A program made the position numbers and the translations under genes. From the NCBI GenBank assembly GCA_964622305.1, contig CAZUPR010000001.1:5433-69432 (forward strand): a stretch of DNA of 64,000 nt. Direction: 5' to 3'. Below the pieces are notes generated by a model. It searched no databases, had not been told where the DNA came from, and saw only the letters and a list, made by a program, of their open reading frames with translations. Numbering within the stretch: the stretch's first letter is position 1; every line of letters begins with the position of its first letter. The stretch is from an uncultured Eubacteriales bacterium. GTDB taxonomy: Bacteria > Bacillota > Peptococcia > Peptococcales > SKKY01. Shown here piece after piece: positions 1-11,332 of the stretch.

Positions 1-1534
1 TTAGTTCCTTTATGGATTCGTTAACCAGCTTTAATTTTTCAGGATCTTGAATGTATTCATTAAGGGCCTGGTTAAAGCTTTGCAAGAGAGCATCAAGACC
101 TTTGTCTGCCCCAATATACTGGCCTTTTTCTTTGATTTCAAAGGCAGATAATTCTGCCACTTCAAAGAGGCCTGGTAAAATAACATCATATGATCCTTCT
201 GCTTCTATAACCTTTTTAAGGCTCTCCCTTGCTTCCTGATCACCATGAACTAAAAATATTTTCTCTTTAATATTATCAAAGTTTTTTACCCAGTTTAAGA
301 GATCTTTTTGATCTGCGTGTCCGGAAAAGCCTTCGATCATTTCTATGTCTGCTCTGACCGTGATTTCTTCGCCGTGTATCCTTACGCTTTGTGCTCCATC
401 AAGTATCCTTCTGCCTAAGGTCCCTTCTGCCTGATAACCTACAAAAAGAATGGTTGATTCCGGTCTCCAGAGATTGTGTTTTAAATGATGTCTGATTCTG
501 CCAGCTTCAGCCATACCGGAGGCTGATATTATTATAGCATTTTTATGGATTGAATTTAACTTCTGGCTTTCCTCCACAGTTAAAGTGTATTTTATATTTT
601 CAAAGGTGAAAATATTATTATCCTTTTCTTTTGAAAGCATTTCAAGGGCTATTTCATCGTAACCGCAGGGGTGCTTAGAAAAAACCTCTGTAGCTTTTAT
701 AGCCAAGGGGCTGTCCAGGTAAATATCCAGCCTGGGAATTTCACCTTCATCCATCAAGGTCCTTAAAATATAAATTACTTCCTGAGTCCTTTCAACAGCG
801 AAAGAAGGAATAATAATATTGCCACCCTTACGGATTGCTTTTTTTACAATTCTGGTAAACTGGCTTTTTTTACTTTCTGTTTGCAGGTGAAAACGACTTC
901 CATAGGTACTTTCCATTACCAAATAATCTGCCTGACTAATATAGTCAGGGTCTTTGATTAAAGGCTGATTATGGCGTCCCAAATCTCCAGAAAAAACAAT
1001 CTTTTTATCATTGAAATAGATTTCTGCTATTGATGATCCTAAAATATGGCCCGCATTTTTAAAAACCAGTTTAAAATCATCATTAATTTGAATTTCCTGA
1101 TCATATTCAATTGAAACAAAATTTTCTAAAACTTTAAAGGCATCTTCAAGTCTGTAAATAGGCTCAAGAAGCTTTTTACCAGAACGCATAGCTTTTCTGT
1201 TTTTCCTTTCAACTTCCATCTCCTGGATGTAAGCTGAATCAGGTAACATGATTTTTGATAATTCTTTGGTCGCAGGCGTTGCATAAATTCTGCCTTTGAA
1301 ACCATCCTTGTAAAGTTTGGGTAAAAGTCCTGAGTGGTCAATGTGAGCATGGGTTAAAACTACAGCATCAATTTCTGCTGGGTTAAATCTAAAAGGCTTG
1401 TAATTAAGTTCCTGAATTGCTTTTTCTCCCTGAAAAAGGCCACAATCAACAAGTATAGATAAGTTATTAGATTTGAGCTGATAGCAAGAGCCAGTAACTG
1501 TTCCGGCACCACCATGAAAAATTAATTCCATCAT
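1..1534 (-). CDS. MBL-fold beta-CASP family (RNA-metabolising type) metallo-hydrolase; 3' end runs off the window
   Basis: Frame is open from ATG at 1532-1534 (AGGAGG a few nt upstream) down to position 2 with no stop. That is why it is absent from the ORF track. Translation starts MMELIFHGGAGTVTGSCYQL and contains THAHIDHSG (HxHxDH). Confidence 0.85.
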   Translation of the reverse strand, partial: MMELIFHGGAGTVTGSCYQLKSNNLSILVDCGLFQGEKAIQELNYKPFRFNPAEIDAVVLTHAHIDHSGLLPKLYKDGFKGRIYATPATKELSKIMLPDSAYIQEMEVERKNRKAMRSGKKLLEPIYRLEDAFKVLENFVSIEYDQEIQINDDFKLVFKNAGHILGSSIAEIYFNDKKIVFSGDLGRHNQPLIKDPDYISQADYLVMESTYGSRFHLQTESKKSQFTRIVKKAIRKGGNIIIPSFAVERTQEVIYILRTLMDEGEIPRLDIYLDSPLAIKATEVFSKHPCGYDEIALEMLSKEKDNNIFTFENIKYTLTVEESQKLNSIHKNAIIISASGMAEAGRIRHHLKHNLWRPESTILFVGYQAEGTLGRRILDGAQSVRIHGEEITVRADIEMIEGFSGHADQKDLLNWVKNFDNIKEKIFLVHGDQEARESLKKVIEAEGSYDVILPGLFEVAELSAFEIKEKGQYIGADKGLDALLQSFNQALNEYIQDPEKLKLVNESIKEL

Positions 1535-1567
1535 TTAACCTCCTCATTTTTTTACCCTAAGATATGT

Positions 1568-1596
1568 TTGACATTTTTTCCAATTGATTATACAAT
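1568..1596 (+). promoter_or_regulatory. Sigma-A type promoter for the tRNA pair (TTGACA-17 nt-TACAAT)
   Basis: TTGACA at 1568-1573, 17-nt spacer, TACAAT at 1591-1596, about 18 nt upstream of tRNA-Asp. Confidence 0.5.
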
Positions 1597-1613
1597 AGTG
1601 TTCGTTGATATAT

Positions 1614-1689
1614 GGAGCTGTAGTGTAGCGGTTATCACGTCGGCCTGTCACGCCGAAGATCGCGGGTTCAATTCCCGTCAGCTCCGCCA
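1614..1689 (+). tRNA. tRNA-Asp (anticodon GTC), encoded CCA
   Basis: GGAGCTG/CAGCTCC acceptor stem. Anticodon loop CT-GTC-AC. GGTTCAATTCC T-arm. 76 nt ending in CCA. Confidence 0.93.
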
Positions 1690-1693
1690 TATT

Positions 1694-1769
1694 GCCGACG
1701 TAGCTCAACTGGAAGAGCAGCTGACTTGTAATCAGCAGGTTGCGGGTTCGAGTCCCATCGTCGGCTCCA
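1694..1769 (+). tRNA. tRNA-Thr (anticodon TGT), encoded CCA
   Basis: GCCGACG/CGTCGGC acceptor stem. Anticodon loop CT-TGT-AA. GGTTCGAGTCC T-arm. 76 nt ending in CCA. Confidence 0.93.
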
Positions 1770-1776
1770 ATAAAAA

Positions 1777-1807
1777 TTCAGCCAGATTAATCTGGCTGAA
1801 TTTTTTT
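1777..1807. terminator. Bidirectional rho-independent terminator shared by the tRNA pair and the convergent lipoprotein gene
   Basis: Perfect hairpin TTCAGCCAGAT-TAA-TCTGGCTGAA flanked by an A-run 5' and a T7 run 3'. Confidence 0.8.
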
Positions 1808-2393
1808 ATTCATCTGAGTCAGAATTTTTGTCATATTTGTAATCTATAATTATAAATCCTTCTTCCTCTGGGTCTTTTTCAAAAGTCATTGTAATAGTAG
1901 CTGCTGACTGCCTTTCAGAACTGGTCCCTTCAATAATAGAATATACTACAGCCTTTGCAATCAGGTAGTTTTCATTCTGATAAACTCCTTCCAGGAGCGG
2001 AAGATGATTCTTATCCTGGCTAGTCAAATAACCTGTAAAGAATTCTAAATTATCCGGCAAATCAGTTTCACTCTTAAGCCCAAAAAGATCATAGGCTACA
2101 TCTTGAATACTTTTCTCAGGAGAGAAGTTATTCTTGTAATAAGCTGCAAAAGAAAGCATTTGTTCTTTATCAATAAAAAACTCATGGCCAGTCTCTTCAT
2201 TTACAATGGGATTAAAATAAAAAGCTTCAATTAGCTCCTGTAAGTCCATTAAAAGGTCTTGGTCTGTAATTTCATTGATAACTAAACCACTGCCTTTATT
2301 TTCATTTTCAGGAAGAAGATCTTTTCCGCCAGAGCTGCAGGCTGTAAGTAAAAAAAGTGAAAGGACTATAAGTATCTTACTTGTTTTTTTCAT
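1806..2393 (-). CDS. Hypothetical lipoprotein
   Basis: 195-aa ORF. N-terminal signal with lipobox LLTAC-SSGG. No recognisable catalytic motif. Confidence 0.7.
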   Translation of the reverse strand: MKKTSKILIVLSLFLLTACSSGGKDLLPENENKGSGLVINEITDQDLLMDLQELIEAFYFNPIVNEETGHEFFIDKEQMLSFAAYYKNNFSPEKSIQDVAYDLFGLKSETDLPDNLEFFTGYLTSQDKNHLPLLEGVYQNENYLIAKAVVYSIIEGTSSERQSAATITMTFEKDPEEEGFIIIDYKYDKNSDSDE

Positions 2394-2904
2394 TTTTAAT
2401 TTCCTTCTCTATGTCTCTGACAACAAAATCTAAACTTGCCCTGTCAGTTTTAATTTTAATATCAGCAATCTCCTCGTACAAATGATTGCGTTCACCTTTA
2501 ATCTTTTTTATCTTTTCTAAAATATCTCCATCTTTTAAGAGTGGCCTGTTTTTATTCCTGCCTGCCCTTTCAGCGATAATTTCTGCCTGGGCATCAAGAA
2601 AAACAATAAAGCCCATTTCCTTTAAGAGCCTTCTGTTTTCCTCTTTTAAAACAATCCCACCACCAGTTGATATTACTGTAGCCTTTCTGTCCTTTAGCCT
2701 TTTTAAAGCAAGGGTTTCTTCAGAACGAAAGCGTATTTCGCCATCTTTTTTAAAAATATCATTTATAGTCCGGCCAGTTATTCTTTCTATTTCGCAGTCT
2801 GTATCTATAAAATCATAATTTAATTTCTGGGCTATTTTTTTACCGACTGTGGTCTTGCCTGAAGCCATTATTCCAATGAAAATAATATTCTCTGATTTTT
2901 TCAT
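2377..2904 (-). CDS. aroK: Shikimate kinase
   Basis: 175 aa. Walker A GIMASGKTTVGK. Size and layout match the AroK family. Confidence 0.9.
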   Translation of the reverse strand: MKKSENIIFIGIMASGKTTVGKKIAQKLNYDFIDTDCEIERITGRTINDIFKKDGEIRFRSEETLALKRLKDRKATVISTGGGIVLKEENRRLLKEMGFIVFLDAQAEIIAERAGRNKNRPLLKDGDILEKIKKIKGERNHLYEEIADIKIKTDRASLDFVVRDIEKEIKNEKNK

Positions 2905-2905
2905 C

Positions 2906-3418
2906 TTATTTTAATACTTGTGATTTTTTAATAAGAGCTTCTTTAACCCTTCTTTCAAAAAAGCGTGATACATAGGTAAACCAATATTCTCTTCCGGGAA
3001 GCGGGTTCACAAGTATTATCTCCAGTCCTGCTCTTTTAGCTCCTAAGGTATCAGTAAAAATCTGATCACCAATCATTATAACATTTTCTGCAGGTAAATT
3101 AAGCTTTTTTAAGGCTTTTAGATAGCCTCTTTTTAAGGGTTTTCTGGCTTTCTCTACATAATCAATTGGGAAATCTTTTATGGTTTCCTTTATCCGGCTG
3201 GCATTATTATTGGATAAAATTACTATCTCAATTTCTGCTTCCAAAACCTTCTTTATCCATTCCTCAACCTGGGGGTCTATCATTCTGGAATTATAAAAGG
3301 TAATTGTATTATCTAAATCTATAATCAGACCTTTTATGAGTCGCTCTTTAAAAAAATCCAGTCTTATATCTTCAATTTTTTCAATCAGGTAATCAGGAGT
3401 TAATAATTTTTTTATCAT
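2906..3418 (-). CDS. yqeG: YqeG-family HAD-IIIA phosphatase
   Basis: 170 aa. HAD motif I in IIDLDNTI. GDQIFTD motif near the C-terminus. Confidence 0.85.
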   Translation of the reverse strand: MIKKLLTPDYLIEKIEDIRLDFFKERLIKGLIIDLDNTITFYNSRMIDPQVEEWIKKVLEAEIEIVILSNNNASRIKETIKDFPIDYVEKARKPLKRGYLKALKKLNLPAENVIMIGDQIFTDTLGAKRAGLEIILVNPLPGREYWFTYVSRFFERRVKEALIKKSQVLK

Positions 3419-3605
3419 AAGCGCTCCATTTTAAAAGATCTAGAACCTCATTTTTAAGGTCTGGGGGGAATAAAAGACTTACAAGGCCTTTTTTCCCGTC
3501 TATAACTGTAAAAATAGCCAGGTTTTCCATACTTTCAAAAATCTTGTCTAAATAGATAATTTCATGGGGTTCCATTTCAATAAGAAGCCGTTCTGATGCG
3601 GTCAT
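3393..3605 (-). CDS. Small conserved hypothetical protein (DUF4911-like by recollection)
   Basis: 70-aa ORF. It overlaps the upstream U32 gene by 29 nt and yqeG by 26 nt. The pattern LLIEMEPHEIIYLDKIFESMENLAIFTVID resembles small proteins found next to U32 genes in Clostridia. Confidence 0.5.
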   Translation of the reverse strand: MTASERLLIEMEPHEIIYLDKIFESMENLAIFTVIDGKKGLVSLLFPPDLKNEVLDLLKWSAYDKKIINS

Positions 3606-4821
3606 TTTCTGCTTCCCTTCTCATTAAATCCATAGCTCTTACAGGCTGAGGGACCGGAATTTTGACTATTGTTTTAGGAGTAGCAACTACATCCATGGGA
3701 AAACCATTTTCACTATATATTTCATTAATAATAAAAGAAAAATCTTCTCCTTCAGGTCCAAAAATCTCCATTTTATCGCCTATTTTAAAATTATTCCTTT
3801 GCTCTATAACTGCCATTTTATTTATAGGGTCATATTCCAAAACCTGACCAGTAAAATCATAAGGTTGGATATAAGAAGAACTGTCAGTAAAGGCAGACTC
3901 CTTATCCATCTCATCAAAATAAAATCCACTTGTATAAGGACGGTGAGAAACCTTATCTAACTCATTGCGCCAATAATTAACATCAAAGTCTTCCTGAGGG
4001 TCGTAGTAATTATCCAAAAGCTTCCTGTAGGCTCTGACGATTGTTGATACATAATAAATACTCTTCATTCTGCCTTCTATTTTCAGACTGTCACTGCCAG
4101 CTTCAATTAGCTTGTTGAGGTGATCAAAGAGACAAAGATCCTGGGAGTTGAAAATATAGGTTCCCCTCTCATCTTCTTCGATAGGATAATATTCCCCTGG
4201 TCTTTTTTCTTCAACGAGATTATAGCTCCAGCGACAGGATTGAGCACATTCGCCCCTATTGGAATCCCTGCCAGCCATATAGTTGCTTAAGAGGCATCTG
4301 CCTGAATAAGAAATGCACATGGCTCCGTGGATAAAGTTTTCGATTTCCATCTCTGTCTTATCTTTTATTTCTCTGACTTCATTTATATTTAGCTCTCTGG
4401 CTAATACCACCCTTTTTATGCCTTGCTTCTTCCAAAAAAGTGCACTCTGATAGTTGGTGCAGTTGGCCTGGGTGCTTAGATGTATTTCAAAATCAGGGAA
4501 GTTTTCTCTGACGTAGTATATTATTCCCGGATCAGCAATTATAAGGGCATCTACACCAATTTCCTGTATCTGTGACAGATAGGTATTTATACCTTTAAAA
4601 TCTTCATTCCGGGGAAATATGTTCATGGTTAAATATACTTTTTTATTTCTTTTATGGGCATAACGGACCCCGGCATCAATTTCATTTAAGGTAAAATTAC
4701 CAGCAAAAGCCCGGAGGCCAAAAACTTTTCCGCCAAGATAAACTGCATCAGCTCCATAATTTATAGCGAATTTTAATTTTTCTATGTTTCCAGCCGGAGC
4801 CAGGAGTTCAACCTTTTTCAT
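3577..4821 (-). CDS. Peptidase U32 family protein (YrrO/TrhP-like, probable tRNA U34 hydroxylation factor)
   Basis: 414 aa. U32 signature ENFIHGAMCISYSGRCLLS. Sits directly downstream of the yrrM/trmR homologue, as in B. subtilis yrrM-yrrN-yrrO. Confidence 0.9.
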   Translation of the reverse strand: MKKVELLAPAGNIEKLKFAINYGADAVYLGGKVFGLRAFAGNFTLNEIDAGVRYAHKRNKKVYLTMNIFPRNEDFKGINTYLSQIQEIGVDALIIADPGIIYYVRENFPDFEIHLSTQANCTNYQSALFWKKQGIKRVVLARELNINEVREIKDKTEMEIENFIHGAMCISYSGRCLLSNYMAGRDSNRGECAQSCRWSYNLVEEKRPGEYYPIEEDERGTYIFNSQDLCLFDHLNKLIEAGSDSLKIEGRMKSIYYVSTIVRAYRKLLDNYYDPQEDFDVNYWRNELDKVSHRPYTSGFYFDEMDKESAFTDSSSYIQPYDFTGQVLEYDPINKMAVIEQRNNFKIGDKMEIFGPEGEDFSFIINEIYSENGFPMDVVATPKTIVKIPVPQPVRAMDLMRREAENDRIRTASY

Positions 4822-5489
4822 TAATCTCTCACCTTCTTTTTAATTATGGCCAAACCATCACCTAGTGGAATCAGGGTCATCTCATAGTCTTTCTTATTTT
4901 TAAAATCTTCTAAAAAATTTCTCATATTAACAACCATGGTCCTCTTTCTTCTTTCTGGATATTCCATATTTACTACCCAGCCATTAATAAGGACATTATC
5001 AGCAATAATGATGCCATCTTCCTGCAAAATTTGATCAAATTTTTCAAAAAATTTAGGATACTGACCCTTGGCTGCATCAAGAAAGACCAGGTCGTATTTT
5101 TCATTTATTTGATCAACTATTTCTCTGCCATCCCCACAAATAAGCTTTATTTTATCTGAATAAGGACTTTTATTTACAAATTCCTGGGCCTTTTCTTTAC
5201 GTCCCGGTAAAAGTTCAATGCTTAAAATTTCTGCACCATCAGGAAGAGCCTTAGCCATGGCCATGGTAGAATAAGCTAAACCAGTGCCAATTTCTAAAAC
5301 CTTTTGCGGTCTCTTTATTCCTGTGATAGTTGTCAAAAAATTTGCTATTTCTTCTTCAACTATAGAGACATGATGTTCTGTGGCATAAGCAAGAATTTCT
5401 TCTTCTAGGGGGGTCTTCTCCGGGAGCAGCATTTTTATAAAATCTTGTAAATCTTTAGCTAATACCTCTTTCACTGTCTGTAACCCCAA
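4821..5489 (-). CDS. trmR: SAM-dependent O-methyltransferase (YrrM/TrmR-like, tRNA mo5U34)
   Basis: 222 aa. SAM motif LEIGTGLAYS. C-terminal PLGDGLAIIKKK is very similar to B. subtilis YrrM. The start is ambiguous: TTG at 5489 or GTG at 5474. Confidence 0.85.
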   Translation of the reverse strand: MGLQTVKEVLAKDLQDFIKMLLPEKTPLEEEILAYATEHHVSIVEEEIANFLTTITGIKRPQKVLEIGTGLAYSTMAMAKALPDGAEILSIELLPGRKEKAQEFVNKSPYSDKIKLICGDGREIVDQINEKYDLVFLDAAKGQYPKFFEKFDQILQEDGIIIADNVLINGWVVNMEYPERRKRTMVVNMRNFLEDFKNKKDYEMTLIPLGDGLAIIKKKVRD

Positions 5490-6490
5490 TCTCTCATTTG
5501 CCTTTCGTGCTCTGCATAGCTTTTATTAAAAACATGCTCTCCACTGCCATTATTTTTTGCAAAGAAGAAAAGATAGTCAGATTGATCAGGTTCATAAACA
5601 GCCCTTAAAGCACTTTCTCCTACTGCACAAATTGGTGTTGGAGTAAGACCAGTATTTCTGTAAGTATTATAAGGTGAATCAATCTCCAGGTCTTTAAAAA
5701 GGACTATTTCTTTCCTTTTACCCAAGGCATATTGGATTGTTGCATCACATTCTAATCTCATATTTAAATTGAGCCTGTTTAAGAAAACTGAGGCTATCAA
5801 AGGCCTTTCTTTTGCTGCCATAGATTCTGCTTCGACAATAGAGGCTAAAATTAAAGCATCACGTTCAGAGAGACCTGATTTGTTTTCTGGCAGCCTCTCT
5901 TTTACTTTCAAAAATTGGTTAATCATTATTTGAAAGACTTTTCTGGGCTCCTCCTGCCTGGAAATATAATAAGTTTCAGGGAAGAGGTAGCCTTCAAGTC
6001 TGTGTTTATCTTTTTTTAAAGGAGCTATAAATTCATATTCAGGAAAATCCTCTTCTATTGCCAGCTTCCAGAAAATATCCTCAGACATTATTCCTTCTTT
6101 TTCCATGACTTCAGCAATTTGCCAGATTGTGTAACCCTCGGGAATAGTAAACTTTTTTTGGATAGAAACTCCTTTAATTATTATATCTGTTATTTCTTCT
6201 ACAGTCATAGTATTTAAAAGAAGATACTGTCCTGCTTTTAGCTGAGGAGCAAGCTTATTGATTTTTACATAAGTTAAAAAAATCTGCTCATCTTTAATTA
6301 AACCTTCCTCCTTCAAGTTCTTGGCAATAATGGCAGGTGTTGCACCTTTCTCCACCGAAAATTCTATTTTTCTTTCTTCATTTTCACTATTGGGTGCCTG
6401 GAGATTTGTTTGATAATAAAAATAAGCACCAGAAGCAGATATTAACAATATAGCCAGTATAATTATTATATATTTAGATATCTTTTTCAT
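5471..6490 (-). CDS. mltG: Endolytic murein transglycosylase MltG (YceG-like)
   Basis: The ORF track extends to 6655. The start supported here is ATG at 6488-6490 (MKKISKYIIIILAILL, single TM) with GGAGAA upstream. The YceG domain includes ASIVEAES. Confidence 0.88.
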   Translation of the reverse strand: MKKISKYIIIILAILLISASGAYFYYQTNLQAPNSENEERKIEFSVEKGATPAIIAKNLKEEGLIKDEQIFLTYVKINKLAPQLKAGQYLLLNTMTVEEITDIIIKGVSIQKKFTIPEGYTIWQIAEVMEKEGIMSEDIFWKLAIEEDFPEYEFIAPLKKDKHRLEGYLFPETYYISRQEEPRKVFQIMINQFLKVKERLPENKSGLSERDALILASIVEAESMAAKERPLIASVFLNRLNLNMRLECDATIQYALGKRKEIVLFKDLEIDSPYNTYRNTGLTPTPICAVGESALRAVYEPDQSDYLFFFAKNNGSGEHVFNKSYAEHERQMRDWGYRQ

Positions 6491-6507
6491 ATTTTCTCCT
6501 TCTTGGC

Positions 6508-6535
6508 AAAATAAAACCACCCCAAAAGGGGTGGT
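6508..6535 (-). terminator. Rho-independent terminator after the DUF1292 gene
   Basis: Minus-strand RNA ACCACCCC-UUUU-GGGGUGGU followed by UUUAUUUU. Confidence 0.8.
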
Positions 6536-6542
6536 ATCCTTT

Positions 6543-6818
6543 TTATTCTTCTTCGTCTTCCTCTTCTGAGAGTTCATCCCAGAGATCAGCAATTTTTTCC
6601 CACTCTTCGTCGTCTTCAATTTCAACAAGAATTTCTTCTCCATCTTCCATTTCAACTCTAAAGATGATTATTTCGTCCATATCTTCATCTTCAGCTAAAG
6701 GGGATAATACTACGTACTCTTTGTCTTCAGAATCAATGCTGCCTACAAATTCAAATTCTATTTCATTACCATCTTCGTCAATTAGTACCAGGGTATCTGT
6801 TTCAGGATTATTAGTCAT
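6543..6818 (-). CDS. DUF1292 (YrzB-like) acidic protein
   Basis: Start supported at ATG 6816-6818 (MTNNPETDTLVLIDEDGNEIEFEF) with GGAGTGG upstream. Occupies the same position as B. subtilis yrzB between ruvX and mltG. Confidence 0.8.
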   Translation of the reverse strand: MTNNPETDTLVLIDEDGNEIEFEFVGSIDSEDKEYVVLSPLAEDEDMDEIIIFRVEMEDGEEILVEIEDDEEWEKIADLWDELSEEEDEEE

Positions 6819-6855
6819 TGGATATCCACTCCTTCCTATCTGCAAGGTTATCAAA

Positions 6856-6884
6856 TCTATATTTAAAAAGCAAGAAATAATCAA
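6856..6884 (-). promoter_or_regulatory. Candidate sigma-A promoter (TTGATT-17 nt-TATAGA) for the DUF1292 gene
   Basis: Hexamers with a 17-nt spacer in the 70-nt ruvX/DUF1292 gap. Confidence 0.35.
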
Positions 6885-6888
6885 TCTC

Positions 6889-7299
6889 TTAATAGTATCT
6901 TTTTAAATAGTTTTGCAAAATTAAATTTGCTGCAAGCTGGTCAATTACTTTTTTTCTTTTTTTTCTGGAGACATTCCCATCAATTAAAACTTTTTCAGCC
7001 TCAACTGTGGTTAATCTTTCATCAGAAAAATCAATTTTAACTTCTGTATAGCCAGATAATTTTTCAACAAAGTCCCTGACTTTGCCAGCCTGGGGGCCTT
7101 CGCTGCCGTCCATGTTTTTAGGCAGGCCAGCAACTAGAATTGAGACTTCTTTTTCTTTAATTAAATCAGCCAGATACTGAAAATCTTGGTCGGAGTTTTT
7201 TCTCTCATAAGTTTCCAGAGCCTGAGAGGTGATTTTAAGAGGATCACTTAAAGCTACCCCTATTTTTTTATCACCTATGTCTAAACCCATTATTCTCAA
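6889..7299 (-). CDS. ruvX: Holliday junction resolvase-like pre-16S rRNA nuclease RuvX (YqgF)
   Basis: 136 aa. N-terminus MGLDIGDKKIGVALSD is typical of YqgF. Confidence 0.92.
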   Translation of the reverse strand: MRIMGLDIGDKKIGVALSDPLKITSQALETYERKNSDQDFQYLADLIKEKEVSILVAGLPKNMDGSEGPQAGKVRDFVEKLSGYTEVKIDFSDERLTTVEAEKVLIDGNVSRKKRKKVIDQLAANLILQNYLKRYY

Positions 7300-7311
7300 A
7301 TTTCTACCTCT

Positions 7312-7566
7312 TTATTTTTCCATATACTTGGTTAAAATTTCTTCTACCAGTTCATTCCTGTCAATCTTTTTAATTTGATTTCTGGCATCATTATAACTGG
7401 TAATATAGGCAGGATCACCAGAAATAATGTAGCCAACCAGCTGATTAACAGGATTATATCCTTTCTCTGTCAAAGAAGCGTAGACATTGTCCAGAACTTC
7501 TTTTATATAACTATCTTTTTCTGGATTGATTTTAAAATGCACTGTTTCATCAAATTTCAGACTCAT
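7312..7566 (-). CDS. ireB: IreB-family regulatory phosphoprotein (UPF0297, YrzL)
   Basis: 84 aa. NQLVGYIISGDPAYITS motif. Sits between alaS and ruvX, as in B. subtilis. Confidence 0.85.
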   Translation of the reverse strand: MSLKFDETVHFKINPEKDSYIKEVLDNVYASLTEKGYNPVNQLVGYIISGDPAYITSYNDARNQIKKIDRNELVEEILTKYMEK

Positions 7567-7593
7567 TATTTCTGCCTCCTTATTTTTTCTTTT

Positions 7594-10266
<2,673 letters not shown>

Positions 10267-10279
10267 TTATTCCATTATA

Positions 10280-11332
10280 TCATAAACTTTTTAGAATTAC
10301 TCCACCAGCAAGTAAGATATTATCCTTATAAATTACAATTGACTGGCCCGGGCTTATGGCCCTTTGATTTTCTAAAAAATATACTTCTATCTTATCTTTA
10401 GATAGGTGTTTTACCCTTGCCTGGGCAGTTTTTAAAGAGTATCTGATTTTTACATCATAAATAATATTTTCATCAAGAAGGCTTCCGTCAACCAAATTGA
10501 GCTCATCGGCCAGTAAACCTCCCGAATAAAGGTCCTTGTCCTGACCCAGGTAAAGGGCATTTCCCTCAAGGTTTTTAGAAACAACATAGGCCGGTTCCTT
10601 TAAACTCAGTCCCAAACCCTTTCTTTGACCTATTGTATAAAAAGGCAGGCCCTGGTGCTGACCCAAAAGCTCCCCTTGCATATTATAGACAGGTCCTTTA
10701 GCAAAAGCCTTCTGTCCAATAGATTCAAGTAAGAATTTTTTATAGTCATTGTCTGAAATAAAACAAATTTCCTGACTATCTTTTTTGCGGGCAAGATGCA
10801 GGTCTGCCTTGAGGGCGAGTTCCTTTACCTCTTCTTTGGTATAAGATGCCAGTGGGAAAATAGTTTTGCTAAGAGAAGCCTGATTTAAATAATAAAGAAA
10901 ATAAGATTGGTCCTTACTTAAATCCCTGGCCTGCTTAAGATAGTAAGCATTTTTTTGTGGATCATGATAAAGATCAACATAATGGCCACTGGCCAGGTAT
11001 TGGATATCAAGGTCTTTTACCAGGTCAAAAAAGAGCTTGAACTTTATTTCCCGGTTGCAAACAACACAGGGGTTTGGCGTCAAGCCTTTTAAATAGCTAT
11101 CTGTAAAATAATCAATTACCTTTTCTTTAAATTCTTTTCTGACATCGAATACCAAGAAATCTATTCCTAATTTTTCAGCAACCTGTCTTGCATCCTCTGA
11201 GGCTGCCTGAGATTTATCCTTTTCAAGCATCTGTAAATAGACTCCTGTAACCTCATAACCCGCTTCTTTTAGTAAAAGGGCTGATACTGAACTATCTACA
11301 CCGCCACTCATTCCAAGAGCAACTTTTTTCAT
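10280..11332 (-). CDS. mnmA: tRNA 2-thiouridine(34) synthase MnmA
   Basis: 350 aa. PP-loop GMSGGVDSSV. Conserved Cys residues (NPCVVCN). Confidence 0.95.
   Translation of the reverse strand: MKKVALGMSGGVDSSVSALLLKEAGYEVTGVYLQMLEKDKSQAASEDARQVAEKLGIDFLVFDVRKEFKEKVIDYFTDSYLKGLTPNPCVVCNREIKFKLFFDLVKDLDIQYLASGHYVDLYHDPQKNAYYLKQARDLSKDQSYFLYYLNQASLSKTIFPLASYTKEEVKELALKADLHLARKKDSQEICFISDNDYKKFLLESIGQKAFAKGPVYNMQGELLGQHQGLPFYTIGQRKGLGLSLKEPAYVVSKNLEGNALYLGQDKDLYSGGLLADELNLVDGSLLDENIIYDVKIRYSLKTAQARVKHLSKDKIEVYFLENQRAISPGQSIVIYKDNILLAGGVILKSL

Noticed and set aside
1126-1350. 74-aa minus-strand ORF inside the first gene.
   Set aside because: It is an alternative frame of the 511+-codon MBL/beta-CASP ORF, which has the HxHxDH motif and a proper start and SD.
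1568-1849. 93-aa plus-strand ORF spanning the tRNA region.
   Set aside because: It is simply a read-through of the tRNA-Asp and tRNA-Thr genes and their terminator. Its TTG 'start' is the -35 hexamer of the tRNA promoter.
6491-6655. N-terminal extensions in the ORF track for mltG (to 6655), DUF1292 (to 6884), yebC (to 35114), ruvA (to 33764), tsf (to 51464) and rpsB (to 52336).
   Set aside because: The extensions cross terminators or overlap upstream genes, and they lack SD sequences. The internal ATGs have SDs and match conserved family N-termini.
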